Of a DNA stretch of 64,000 bases, positions 1 through 11,872 are shown piece after piece. Every line of letters starts with the position of its first letter. Positions within the stretch are counted from its first letter, which is position 1. The notes under the pieces are model-generated. The model searched no databases. It worked only from the letters and a program-made list of their open reading frames with translations, and had not been told where the DNA came from. The stretch covers positions 93,620,001-93,684,000 of the forward strand of contig NC_042997.1 of the NCBI RefSeq assembly GCF_006345805.1. The letters run 5' to 3'. The position numbers and the translations under genes are program-made. Source of the stretch: Octopus sinensis. Lineage: Eukaryota.

Positions 1-470
1 TACATTGTAGTATGCTCGAAGCATTGTGATACAGAAGTAAAACAACAAACAATGAAGATGAACAACTTCTAATAGTGTGCAAAGGGAAAGTTAAGAAACC
101 TTTACATATTTCAGACACAAACACTCATCACTGGAAGTAAATGGCTTAGAAACTTCAGTTTATGCAGGTCCTTACAGATGATAGCCCATTTGGCAATCAT
201 CAAGGTAAGATGCCTGAAATACATAAAGGTATTTTAATTTTCCCTTTTCTTCTTATTAGAAGCTTTCTGTTTTCATTATAAGTTATTTCACTTACATATA
301 TATGTAATCTTTATCATCATTTCATGTCTGCTTTCCATACTGGGTTTGATGTGTTGTTATGATATACATCAATTCTTATTTACAGCTGTTGCCCTCCTAG
401 ACAGGTCAGAAGATCATGTTTCACTTCTGGCTTTTTTTAGTACATGTATCTACAAACATATATTTATATA

Positions 471-706
471 CAGGATGGCCCAAAAGTAGATTTACAGTTA
501 TCACATAGGCACTTTAAATTCCTTTTAAAACATTTTATTACATTTAAATTTCTATCTTACAAACTGAAATGGGAGCACGAGAAAATTAACTACATTAACA
601 CAGAATAATGGTTTCATATTTTTTTTATAATTAAGATCTAAACTGTAAATGTATGAATGTGAAAGAGATAGTTGAATAACTGTAAGCCTACTTTTGGGCC
701 ACCCTG
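471..706. mobile_element. Tc1/mariner-type MITE
   Basis: 29-bp TIRs CAGG(A/G)TGGCCCAAAAGTAG..TTACAGTT (3 mismatches), TA on both sides. Confidence 0.85.
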
Positions 707-1184
707 TATATAAGTTATAATTAGAGTTTAGATTTAAATTAAAATTGTGTTTTGGGTATGTCCCTAGTGGTATACCGGCAAAGCATGTTCGCTGCTTATG
801 GCTACCTGGCATCATCCATAGTAATTACGTATTTATATTGAAGGTGGTCCCCCGGCATGGCCACAGTCTAATGGTGGTAAAATGTATATAAATATATGTA
901 GAGAGAGGCTAAAAAGACAGAGAAAAAGAGACTGAGAGAGAACCTTTCGCATTTATTTCAAAGCATACAAATCAACAGCCATCAAATTGCACAGGATAAT
1001 TTGTCTGCATGTTTGCATGTATATATTATATATGTAGTATATATGCATATATATATATTGATAAAAATGGTAAGACAACAAGAGAATGAAAGAGACCTCG
1101 ATATTATGTAAATAGAGGAATTTATCTGTAAATATACATGACAATTATTCGGTAGCCATGATAAAACTCCGAGTATATATATCA

Positions 1185-1322
1185 TACATACATATGTATG
1201 CTATCATACATACATCTATATATGTATAATATACACATATAATGTGTGTGTGTGTATGTATAATATATATATATATATATTATATATATATATCTATATA
1301 TATATATATATATATATATATG
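1185..1322. repeat. (TA)n/(TG)n compound microsatellite in or near the PNPLA8 3' UTR
   Basis: Direct reading. Confidence 0.9.
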
Positions 1323-1544
1323 AATATCAAATTCGTTTAGCCATTTATGAACATGAACTGTCTCCAAGCAACTGGACAGGCAAGTCTCTTGTAAACTTAT
1401 TCCTGAAGAAAGATAGATTGTTGATCTAAGAGAAGGCTAGAAGCAAATAAATAGTAAGGAATCTCATGTAATCAAAATTTACAATGAATGACATCAAAGT
1501 GAACTGCCTGGAAACATAATTTACTTATATATGAATGATTTAAA

Positions 1545-1798
1545 TTACTTATGTAGCATATCTCTCTTTAATTGTAACCAATCAAGTCCTTTTTGGTAGA
1601 GATGTCTTTGTTCTAGTAATTTTTCTGCACATCGGTGCACTTTATATTCATTTTTGCGTAGGTACATTCGAGTATCATGCTGCATTTGCTCGAGTTTTTG
1701 CATTCTGATTTCATCTAATGTACAGGGTTCAGAAAGATATGGATTGAATCGGAAGTAGCTGCTTGGGTGTAGTAAATCCGTCAAAGTTGTATTAACAG
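1545..1798 (-). CDS. PNPLA8: PNPLA8 last coding exon (AVNTTLTDLLHPSSYFRFNP...KRDMLHK*)
   Basis: Acceptor cttcttttag|; TAA at 1547-1545; YFRFNP motif. The eight exon lengths sum to 1956 nt = 651 aa plus stop. Confidence 0.95.
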
Positions 1799-2887
1799 CT
1801 AAAAGAAGAAAATAAATAATATGTCTTAAATGATGAATAAGATGAAATATGAATGTTATAGGCTCATGATAAATTTATATAGAAGGGAAAATAGCAGAGT
1901 GACTCTAGCACATTGCAGTATCAAGCACCAGAAAGAGGAGTTTGATTCAAAAACTAAATACTCTCAGCTATTTACAGCCCTTACTTGTGACCCTATGAAT
2001 TTTAACTGTTATGGTACAGATACAACACAGATATTTCACACACTAATGATCTAGAACCTCTTACAATCCATACAGCAACTTCAAATACCTGTAGCCACCA
2101 GACTAGTTTACTGGTACTTTGCACAGACTAGTATCATGCATGGTACAGTATTAATAAACTTGTGTCATTTATAATCATGCAGGAGTACCTTGTATTTCAT
2201 TTAATTATCTAAGTAAATTTAATATTTGTTCACAGGAATCAAGAGAGGTTTGGGAACCAATGATTCTGGAAAATCAATGTTGTGCCTGTCATAAATTTTA
2301 ATTTACAACCTTTTCAAACACTATGATATTATTTCGACTCCAGGTTTTAACAAGTTACCAGCTACTAAATCCTGCTACTAAAATACAAACAAGATAATGA
2401 AATGAAAAATGAAAACTATAAAGAGTTGTTTATATCCAGTAAAAATCTGTATGCAGATGTCTCCAAATACAAATTTAAAATGAGAACAAATTGTGATTGA
2501 TATATGAAAAAAAACATTATTTTAGTCATGCCTCCACGTAAGACATATTAGTCAGCTTTCCTGAAAAATATCAGCTACCCCTACTTCCTAGCTGAGTGAT
2601 TAGAAATTCAATTTTGTTATCAGCTATTTGAAATCAGTTATTTTCAAAAGCAACTGCACCCACACCCAGATGTAAAATATAATAAAAAGATACTCCCATT
2701 TCATAATTGCTTGTTTATTCATTGCAGGTGAACACTGATAAATTTCAATTTCAGACACTATATTGTTATTTAGACAAAGTACATTCCAGTTAAGTTATTT
2801 TTCTAATAATATGTACAAACTATTGTTTTTTTTTGGTTTTTTTTTGAATAAGCAAATTCAACCACAAAACAATTGTTGCCTCATTAA

Positions 2888-3909
2888 CCCTTTCATTACC
2901 AAACCGCCCAAAGCCGCCCGAATTTACCTATTCATATTTAAATGAGAATATCAGAGCAAATCTCTTCAGTACATTCGTGAAAACACGTATTATACTTCGT
3001 AAATAGTTCAACTACAGTTTTGTACAATAATCGAAGTGTAATTTTAATTCCGTGAATTTTGGGAGATTTTTTTCCGAAATTTGTTCCTATTGTGTTTTCA
3101 AAATTTGTAATTCTGACAAAAAAGGTTACGAATTTCATTATATCAAGCAGCGAGTCAGAATTCGAAGGATTTTCTACTGAAGACCTTCATAAATCTAACT
3201 CTATGACTGAAAAAAAAAAGCATGTGGTATTTGATAATGAATCTGATGTTTCATTTTCCGAAAGTGAAAACAGTGAATCTGAGATCTCCGATAGCGATAA
3301 AGAAAACGAATTGGCACCTGAATGGAGTGAAAATTTAAAAACTGTTTCTTTCGGTGATTTTTCTGAAGAAACTGGACCAAGCCACAGACTTTCCCAGAAG
3401 AGTAAAGCCTTAGACTATTTCTTTTTACTTTTTCGAATGAGCCTATTTGAAATCATTACAGCAGAAACGAACCGTTACGCTAAATGTAAACAAAACAAAA
3501 GAAAGTGGTTTCCCATAACCTTAAATGAAATTAAGACTATTTTGCCATAAATATTATTATGGGTATCAGAAAGTTACCCAGAATAACAAATTCTGTCGTA
3601 AAATTTTGTTGTATACCCAATTGAATATTAGCTAATAACCCATTTTCTATAGCGATGTTTGAACAAAATTTTATATTTTGTGGAATTTACCTGTATCTAC
3701 CTGCAATTAAGTCACTTTGTGACAAAAATTATAGTATAGAATTGGTTGAGAATATTTCATTAAATTATCTTCCAAAAATCAGATTAATATATCGATAAAT
3801 AAAAAAGTTATAGTTGTTTAATGAAACCAGACTAAATTTATGATTACGTTAGAAATTAATTGAAACACATAAGGGGTGTAATTTGGTCAGAAATATAGTA
3901 ACGAAAGGG
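2888..3909 (+). mobile_element. piggyBac internal-deletion derivative with the transposase N-terminus (ORF 3059-3550)
   Basis: TTAA at 2884-2887 and 3910-3913; TIRs CCCTTTC(A/G)TTAC. The ORF has an acidic N-terminus and DYFFLLF..LFEIITAETNRYA..W..ITLNEIK, then ILMGIRKLP after a frameshift (PGBD4-like). Lies in the last PNPLA8 intron. Confidence 0.88.
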
Positions 3910-4147
3910 TTAAGAATTGAAAATATCATGTATTTGTATCATGTTATTAGTATACTACTGAAGATTTCATCATAAAATATTTCAAGGGTAAATCAATTTA
4001 ATAGAGCCCAAACATCTTCAAGTTATTGTCTATATCCAAATTCATAAACCTGGCTCAACAGAAGCCAACCACCACTCTATGACCAATATATAATCAAAAC
4101 ATACAGGTGTTGGAATTTGAACAACCATCTAAACTTGAAAAACCACT

Positions 4148-4406
4148 ATAGAATTTATTTACATTATTTACATTTGACGGATATTTGTCTTCATTTTGTT
4201 TGTTGTTAACATGTTTCAGCTGATATACCCTCCAGCCTTCATCAGGTGTCTTCAGGAAATTTCGAACCTTGGTTCTCATTCCTAAGGTATTTTGCGGTAT
4301 TGTTGTTGTTGTTATTATTATTATTCAGGTCACTGCCTGGAATCGAACTCAGAATCTTGAGGTTAGTAGCCTACGCTCTTAACCACTATGCCATATGCCC
4401 GTGGGC
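4148..4406 (-). mobile_element. tRNA-headed SINE with hammerhead-like 3' part, copy 1
   Basis: A-box TGGCATAGTGG, B-box GAGTTCGATTCC, (AAT/AAC)n linker, then GACAC-CTGATGA-AGGCTG...CAGCT-GAAA-CATG. Inverted relative to copy 2. Confidence 0.75.
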
Positions 4407-4575
4407 TTTTTTTTTTATTATTATTATTATTATATTCAAGCCAGGTGGTATTAGCTTTGAGCCTCTACATCTACACAGTAAAGTTAGATGGTTTGAAAGA
4501 CAAGCTAATTTTTTAAGGAAGTTTCTCTATATGTCTCCATTGGAATCTAGTGTCGGCTCTGTACCAATTAGATAA

Positions 4576-4888
4576 TACAGTTCTAAATTTAAGAGAGGAG
4601 ACATTATTTACAATTGACAGATATGGCGTAGTGGTTAAGAGCACAGGCTACTAACCCCAAGATTTCGAGTTCGATTCCAGGCAGTGACCTAAACAACAAC
4701 AACAGCAACAACAATATCACAAAATACCTTAGGAATGAGAACCCAAGTTCGAAATTTTCCCAAGACACTTGATGAAGGCTGGAGGGTATATCAGCAGAAA
4801 CACTGTGTTAACAACAAACAAGATGACAAATATCCATCAAATGTAAATAATCTACATAATTCCTCATCTCTTAAATATAGAACTGTAC
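4576..4888 (+). mobile_element. tRNA-headed SINE with hammerhead-like 3' part, copy 2, with an inverted copy of its tail at the 5' end
   Basis: A-box TGGCGTAGTGG 4624-4634, B-box 4667-4678, hammerhead-like segment 4764-4809; 4576-4624 is an imperfect reverse complement of 4830-4888. Confidence 0.75.
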
Positions 4889-4984
4889 TATAGAATTATT
4901 AAAAAAAAGCAACTATAAAAAACATTGATATCAATGAATCATGATAAAAGAGAAATATTAATATAATGATGAGACATTAATTAC

Positions 4985-5180
4985 CTTCTGTATCAGTTGC
5001 ACTGTCTAATATTTTAACAACTTTCTCTTTGAGGCTACTTTTATTTGTGTTCATTTCTAAATTTGGTTCATATCTTCCATTGCCAACAGAGACTACACAT
5101 TGAAGGGGAGTATCTGGCCACAATAATCGACATTCATGAATAGCTAAAGCAGTTGGGTTATTGGTCAATAAGCCTCCATC
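4985..5180 (-). CDS. PNPLA8: PNPLA8 coding exon with the catalytic-aspartate motif DGG ([17 protein letters not shown]...SATDTE)
   Basis: Acceptor ttttaatag|, donor G|gtaatt; 196 nt, phase 0 to 1. Confidence 0.97.
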
Positions 5181-5714
5181 CTATTAAAAATAGCATTAAA
5201 AACAAAGTGAAAATAGGATTACATCTCATTGAATCATGAGCAATATTCATATTTAAGAAATTTAGAGCAAGTACAAATTAATTTTATCAAATGATTTTTT
5301 ATAAGTAAAATATTTAATGTCATCTGGAAGGTTGTGATGAAACTTAAAATATAGGAATATATCTGCTGTGGTCGTTAAGTAAATCTCAGTTAACTCTTCT
5401 GAATGTGTCACATTTCAGTCAGGTTTGGAACCAAATTCCACCTTCCACTATGCAGTAGTTGATAACTGCCTACTAACTGGCAGTGATCCAAATATTTAGC
5501 ACATGGTAGGTTTAGCTAACTTTTCATCTGATTTACACACCCAGTCATGCAGAGTTTGCAAATATAGATAGTAATAGTCTAAACATATTGTGTCTATTTT
5601 TCAGTCCAGGCTGTTTTTACATATAAAACCTAATGCATATGAATTCAAGTATCTTTCCCATGAACAATGTATAAGTCTTGTAACAGACTACATATTCTAA
5701 TAATAATTATAATA

Positions 5715-6345
5715 TTTTTTACTATAGACACAAAGCATGAAATTTGTGGTGGTGGGGGTTGCTAGTCAATTACATTGACACCCCCCACCCCCACCACTCA
5801 ACTAATATTTATTATATCAATCTTGAAAGGATGGAAAGCAAAGTCAAGCTCTGAGGAATTTGAACTCAGAATGTAAAGATGAACAAAATGCTTAGCAGCA
5901 TTTTGTCTAGCATGCTAATAATTCTTACAGCTTGTCACCTTACCAATAATCCTTTCTACAATAAGCACAAGGCCTGAAATTTTGTGAGGAGAAGGCTAGT
6001 CGTTTATATCGACCCCAATGTTTAACTGGTACTTATTTTATTGACCCCGAAAAGATGAGAGGCGAAGTCAATCTCAGTGGAATTTGAACTCAGAACATAA
6101 AGATGGACAAAATACCATTAAGCATTTTGTCCAGCATGCTAATGATTTTGCCATCTCACCACCTTCCTAATAATAATAATCATAATGATAATGATGATGA
6201 TTTCAAATTTTGCCACAAGGCCAGCAATTTTGGGCAAGAGCTAAGTCAACTACATTGACTCCAGGTAATTATTTTATTGACCCCAAAAGGATGAAAGGCA
6301 AAGTGAGCCTCAGTAGAATTTGAACTCAGTATGCTACAAACCATT
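5715..6345 (-). mobile_element. Three head-to-tail copies of tRNA-derived SINE family B
   Basis: Repeated GGATGAAAGGCAAAGT...GGAATTTGAACTCAG (B-box on the minus strand) at about 5840-5870, 6050-6090 and 6290-6330, separated by (TAA)/(TGA) tails. Confidence 0.75.
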
Positions 6346-6612
6346 TTGCTTGGTGTGCTAATGATAATAAAATAATAATAATAATAATAATAATATGGTA
6401 CAGATAGCATACTATGGAGAGTGCTGTCAATCAACTAACACCTTACCTGCAGCACACTAGGCCTATTGTTCGAATGTGGCCTTACAGGATATAAAACAGG
6501 AAGTATGAAAGGAACAACAATAACCACAGTAACAATAGCAGTGCTGGTGGCAGCAGCAGCAGTAGTAATTTCAAGGTTTAAACAGAGAAACTAATTAATA
6601 GATATTACTTAC

Positions 6613-6804
6613 TTGATGAATTAGATCATCCAACTGAAATTCTGTGTAGTAACCAGGAGCAGCAGATGATGCTCGAATAGCTTCCCATAATTGATATTTA
6701 CAACTTCCAGGGTACTGAGAGTACACTCCCGATGGCAGGTTATAAGTCCGAAATACATAGTTCTTCATTTTTGCCATATTAACAACACATGATAAAGCAG
6801 ACAT
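6613..6804 (-). CDS. PNPLA8: PNPLA8 coding exon (MSALSCVVN...YVFRTY...WEAIRASSAAPGYY...LIHQ)
   Basis: Acceptor ttttag|, donor CAA|gtaagt; 192 nt; contains the conserved AIRASSAAPGY motif. Confidence 0.97.
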
Positions 6805-6854
6805 CTAAAACAGAAAATATGTCTCAATTATATTTCATTATTAAGGACTCTTAA

Positions 6855-7220
6855 GGCAGCAAACTGGCAAAATGTTTGGCAGCATTTCTTCTAGCTCTTT
6901 ATGTTCAAATTCCACTGTGGTCGACATGTCTTTCATCCTTTTGGAGGTGGTTAAAATAAGTACCTGTTGAGTACTGGGATCAATATTTTTTTTTTTAGTT
7001 TTTTTTCTCTTCAATTTGAAATTCAAAACCAATGTTGGTTTCAAATTTTGGCACAAAGTCAGTAATTTCATAGAATGGAATAAGTTGATTACATTGACCC
7101 CAGTGCTCAACTGGTACTTATTTTATCAACCCATTAACAGAGTTTGAACTCAGAACATAGAGACAGACTAAATACTGCTAAGAATTTTGCCTGGCATGCT
7201 AACGGTTCTGCCTCCAAACC
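6855..7220. mobile_element. Two SINE family B fragments in opposite orientation
   Basis: Plus copy with TGTTCAAATTCCACTGTGGTCGAC at about 6900; minus copy with GAGTTTGAACTCAG at about 7140. Confidence 0.6.
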
Positions 7221-7449
7221 TCAAAATTGCTGGCTTTACATCAAAATCAATAATGACTCTTACTCTGGCACAAGACCATAAATTTATAAGGGTTAAGGAT
7301 ATAACTGATTGAATCAACCTCACTACTATGGTACTATTTTGCTGATCCCAGCAGTATGAAATGCAATGCAAACCTAGGTGGTGCTTAAACTCAGAACCTG
7401 GAAGAATGAAACTAAATACTATAAAAGGTATTTAATTCTACATTCAAGG

Positions 7450-7910
7450 TGTAAATCCAGGAAGATGTGGGGTGAAGATGTGAGAAAGGATCTTCAGTCA
7501 TTGGGCCTCGCAGAGGGGATGACAAGGGATTGAAACTTCTGGTGGTTTGCTGTACTTGAGAAGACACATCAAGCTAAGTAAAATCGTGGCCGTCCTTGCA
7601 TACAGGTATGCTCACAGCATCCCTCTTCAGCCAAGTGATCCTAATCTTATGGACTCATGGTTGCTGGTGCCATGTAAAAAGCACCTATGCCAGTGTCACA
7701 TAAAGACACCTGTGCCAGAGCTGCATAAAAGCACCCTGTACACACTATAAAGTGGTTGGTGTTAGGAAGGGCATCCAATCATAGAAACCATGCCAAAACA
7801 AACATGGAGCCCAGGTAGCTTTTCAGCTGGCCAGCTCCTGTCAAACCATCCAACTCATGCCAGCATGGAAAATGGGCATTAAATTATTATTATGATGATG
7901 ATGATGATAA
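7450..7910 (+). mobile_element. RTE-clade LINE 3' end (ORF tail, 3' UTR and (ATG)n tail)
   Basis: Translates KSRKMWGEDVRKDLQSLGLAEGMTRD*NFWWFAVLEKTHQAK*, followed by the family tail GTGGTTGG.GTTAGGAAGGGCATCCA...CAGCATGGAAA and (ATG)n. Confidence 0.65.
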
Positions 7911-8514
7911 CTAGCATAACCCATGGAAATTCCACAATGTAAGCCAGCATATTTGAATACTTATTTTCTCTTTTGCCAACAATGTATGTATCTGTCTACT
8001 TACATAATACTGATAAGCATTTAAACCTAATAACAAAAAAAGAATAATAATAATTAGTGCCACAGCATGGCCACAGTAAAGTTTACCTTAGTAAGATTCA
8101 AAATCAAGTCATAGAAGGTTGCAATTACAGATCTCAAAAAGATTTGTTTGACATTCCAACATTTCTACCAATTAGTGATATATTAAAATATTATCATGTT
8201 AGGTATAACATGTTTTATGTTATTGCAAATGTTATGAGTAGGGCCTCTAAGAGAATTTTGCAAAGCAAAACACTGCTGTTGGTTCCTGGCAAAAGTATGG
8301 GGTCACCACTCAAAATTCAAAAGTGCTGTAAGCTTTTTTTTTCTCTTCAGATTAAAGTGGGTTTCAGCAGATAGTTTCAGGCACCTCTGTGGTTTTTCAG
8401 ATTCTGGACCAATGTAGCAACCAAATTACTTTCCTATGGGTCCTGGTGGCAAGTAACATTTCTCATGTTTTTAAAATACATTATAAGTCTTAGTTAAAAA
8501 AAAAATAAAACATA

Positions 8515-8699
8515 CCCATATTTACATGTGTATAACTCCCACTATTTTATACTTGATCTTAACTGGGAAAAACTGGAGTGTATCTTATACACAAGGTAAA
8601 GCTAAAACTATGAAAGGAAATAATTTTGGACCAAAATTTAACACTAGATTAGTGGTGCAACTTTTAACATGAGTATGACTCATCCACAAATAGATATGG
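8515..8699. mobile_element. Degenerate pogo/Tc1-like MITE
   Basis: TA-CCCATATTTAC... and ...TAGATATGG-TA ends; resembles the element at 30141. Confidence 0.35.
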
Positions 8700-8729
8700 T
8701 ATATCTAAAATGAAGAAACTGTTACTTAC

Positions 8730-8787
8730 TTTTGGACAATCTGGTTTTTGAGAAAACTTTGACATAACAGTATCACCGGCATGATTC
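8730..8787 (-). CDS. PNPLA8: PNPLA8 small coding exon (NHAGDTVMSKFSQKPDCPK)
   Basis: Acceptor atttaag|, donor AAA|gtaagt; 58 nt, phase 2 to 0. Bridges the neighbouring exons and corresponds to human DRMGSALMIETARNPTCPK. Confidence 0.9.
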
Positions 8788-9568
8788 CTTAAATGGATAA
8801 GCATGATTTAATATAAGAGAGTGCTTCATGAAGACATAAAATATAGAAACATTAAATTTTGGAATAAAGTTTGCCAAGCATGTTTAGACCAAATCATCAA
8901 GGAATGAAAGTGAATTGCCTTCTGCATAGTTACTTCCAGAGGACAATTGTTCACAAATAATGATCCCTTACAATTACTGTTGAAATTGTGGTATAGGTGA
9001 AATTGATGTATAGTTTGAAGTTACAATGTAGGTTGAAGTTATGATGTAAGTTGTTGTGGTGAAGGTAGAGGTTGTGGTATAAGTTGATGTGAAATATTAT
9101 ATATATGTGTATCTATTTAATGTTAATTGTCAGAAAAAAAAGAGCACTTAATACCATACTAGAGATTAATAACATTTGATTTTAGTCAAGTTAGTGTCTT
9201 GTTACTCTTATTTTCACCTGTGGGTGCACAGGATTTTCAGGTAACACACACACATATGCATATATACATGTTTGTCTGTCTGTCTGTCTGTCTATGTATG
9301 TATGTATGCATGGATATATTGAGTGTGTGCATGGATGCATGCATGGTGTGTTACTGTAAAATCTCCCCCAATTCAACAGCAACATGTGAGTATATAAAAA
9401 AAAAAGCAAATGTCTTGTGACTTGCAAAGAAATCATTATTTGAAAACTGTCTTATTTAAAATAGTTTCAGGTATGTAAAAGAAAGACAATTACAATACAA
9501 TAAATATAATACAACTAAAAAGTTATACACTTAAAAGCTGAGTAACTCTAAAAAAAAATCAAATTCAC

Positions 9569-9835
9569 CTTAGGATATCTTCCCATACTTTTGTATCATA
9601 GAAAGCATGGCTCCACATGAGGTGTCCAGTTCCAACAAATTTGTTCCGTGTAAACATACTTTGACTGAGATTTTTGTACAACTTACAGCATTCATCAGGT
9701 GGAATCCGATAAAGGATCATCAACCCAAGCATTAGAGCACCGGTACTAACACCACAAACATAGTCGAATAGTTTCCACAAATCTGTTTTACAAGCTTCTT
9801 GTAACTTACATAATGTTTCAAGGGCAATTACACCT
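9569..9835 (-). CDS. PNPLA8: PNPLA8 coding exon with the catalytic-serine motif GVSTG
   Basis: Acceptor cttttcag|, donor AG|gtgaat; 267 nt; encodes GVIALETL...LFDYVCGVSTGA...WSHAFYDTKVWEDIL. Confidence 0.97.
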
Positions 9836-9914
9836 CTGAAAAGAGAAAAAGACAATTAACAGTAAGTATTCTTCAATGATTTCATTTTTCTATATTAGCA
9901 ATAATCCTTTCAAT

Positions 9915-10085
9915 AATAGCCACAAGGCCTGAAATTTTGGGAAGCAGTGTAGTATATTACATTCACCCCAGTGTTTGGCTGGTACTTATTTCAACTGTGA
10001 AAGGATGAAAGGCAAAGTTGACCTTGGTGGAATTTGAACCCAAAACGTAAAGACAGTAATAATGATTCTGCCAGCTCACCACCTT
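9915..10085 (-). mobile_element. SINE family B copy
   Basis: GAAAGGATGAAAGGCAAAGTTGACCTTGGTGGAATTTGAACCC. Confidence 0.65.
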
Positions 10086-10395
10086 TTGTATTAGCAATAA
10101 TAGGATGGTTTTTGTGAGAATAATTATTATTAATGTTGTATATCTGACCTCTCCTCACTTATGGACCCTGAATGTTGAGTGATGACCAAATGAGTACAAT
10201 TGCAAATACAAACAACTTAAAGGGGGTCTGAAAAAAGTGTCTTGTAGTATTTGTTTCAGTCCTTTACTTTCTCAGATCAAATCTCACCAAAGTCAATTTT
10301 GCCTTTCAATCCTTTCAAGGGTCAATAAAATAAAGTACCAGTCAAATACTAGTGTCTCTATATTAATATTACTCAACAGGACACATCGCTTGGAG

Positions 10396-10580
10396 ATCAG
10401 GGAGTCTCTCTAGGTTGAGCCATTACTTCTCCACATCAAGAGGGCACAGCTCTGGTATGATGGGCATGTGAGCAGAAAGCCACAAGAAAGAATCACAGGA
10501 AGAATTTTTCAAGTTAAGCTAACTGGTAGGAGACAAAAGAATAGAGGAAGAATGAGTTGGTTGAATAATATCCATAGTCA
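10396..10580 (+). mobile_element. RTE-clade LINE RT C-terminal fragment
   Basis: Hand translation IRESL*VEPLLLHIKRAQLWYDGHVSRKPQERITGRIFQVKLTGRRQKNRGRMSWLNNI matches the RTE signature QLRWxGHVxR...GKRPRGRPRxRW. Confidence 0.7.
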
Positions 10581-10869
10581 TGCCTGCTTCTATAAAAAAC
10601 ACTGAAGGCATCATGATTTATTTCCAGAGATTGATTCAATTACAATTAGATTATGTTAAACACATTAACACACAACCTATTTCCGTACTCACTGAAGGCA
10701 TATCCCCAATGGAAGGAACGGCTGTTTTCACAAATCACATAGTTGGTAAAGAAATTATGGCTGATTCAAACAGTTTTGAAATTTCTGGGTTTGTATCAGT
10801 AATTACAATAAATCCCATTACTTCATTTTCTATTTTTCAAACTAGCATATCTTCAGTCTTTTACTTATT

Positions 10870-11270
10870 TCAATCATTAAACTGTGGCCATGCTGGGGCA
10901 CAACCCCAAAGGGTTTAAGAGAACAAATTGATTCCAGTACTTTTTTTTTCTAAGCCTGGCACTTATTCTATCAGTCTCTTTTAGCCAAACTGCTAAGTTG
11001 TGGAGATGTAAACAAACCAACACTGGCTGTCAAGAAGTGGTGGGAAACAAATAACAACAAGGACATGAACACATACACACACACATATATGTACACACAC
11101 AACAGGCTTCTTTCAGTTTCTTCATACCAAACCTACACACAAGGCTTTATTTGGGCCCGGAGCTATAGTGAAAAAACACTTGCCCAAAGTGCCAGGCAGT
11201 GGACCTGAATCTAGAACCATGTGGTTGAGAGGCAAACATCTTACCACATGGTCACACTTGCATCTCCCCC
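10870..11270 (-). mobile_element. tRNA-derived SINE family A copy
   Basis: Reverse complement of the family body (CACTTGCCCAA..GTGCC..GCAGTGG..CTGAA..AGAACCATGTGGTTG) and tail. Confidence 0.75.
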
Positions 11271-11720
11271 ACCACCACCATGAAACCTCAAACGTTTTTT
11301 TAAAACTTTTCACAAGATGAGACTTTTGATTTAATTCATTCAATTCCTTGAACATAGACAAACTCTCCTTCATTCCACCCACCACTTAGATGCAGAGCAA
11401 TGACAAAATATCCTTGTACTTTCTCATGAAACATCTTTCATGTTTCTTATGTGAAGGCACATGGCTCAGTGGTTAGAATGTCAGGCTCACAATCATGAGG
11501 TAGTGTGCTCAAGTTGCTAACAGAGACTTTCTCTACACATCATATTGCATTGTTTCATCTTATTATTTCCATTAGTTGCATTGCATGAACACTTTTCCTA
11601 TTCATGTAACAAATAAATTATGTTCCGACACATAAGAAAAAAACAACCTGTTACAATTGCAAAATGATAAGAAAGAACTGGGAAACTAAAGACAATAAAA
11701 ATAATGAATTAAAAGCTTAC

Positions 11721-11872
11721 CTCGTTCCACCACCATCTATTGACAATATTCTGATACCTCTTCCTTTAGGAGGAGAAACATAGCCTACAAGACTCAGAGC
11801 TTCATAAGCACGTGACCTAACACTTGGTACCTCAGACTGTGACAACCGTAATAATACTTGCACAGCACCAGC
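11721..11872 (-). CDS. PNPLA8: PNPLA8 coding exon (AGAVQVLLRL...GYVSPPKGRGIRILSIDGGGT-R), glycine-rich loop
   Basis: Acceptor ttttatag|, donor AG|gtaagc; 152 nt, phase 0 to 2. Too short for the ORF track and translated by hand; contains GRGIRILSIDGGGTR, typical of PNPLA8. Confidence 0.95.

Noticed and set aside
165-230. CAGATGA...GCCTGAAATACATA hammerhead-like spacing
   Set aside because: Core altered and stem I does not pair in register; compatible with chance.
4624-4690. tRNA-like sequence with A and B boxes
   Set aside because: No complete acceptor stem; continues into a repeat body present twice, so it is a SINE head rather than a tRNA gene.
10580-10918. 112-aa plus-strand ORF
   Set aside because: No recognisable motifs, runs into a SINE tail and lies antisense in a PNPLA8 intron.
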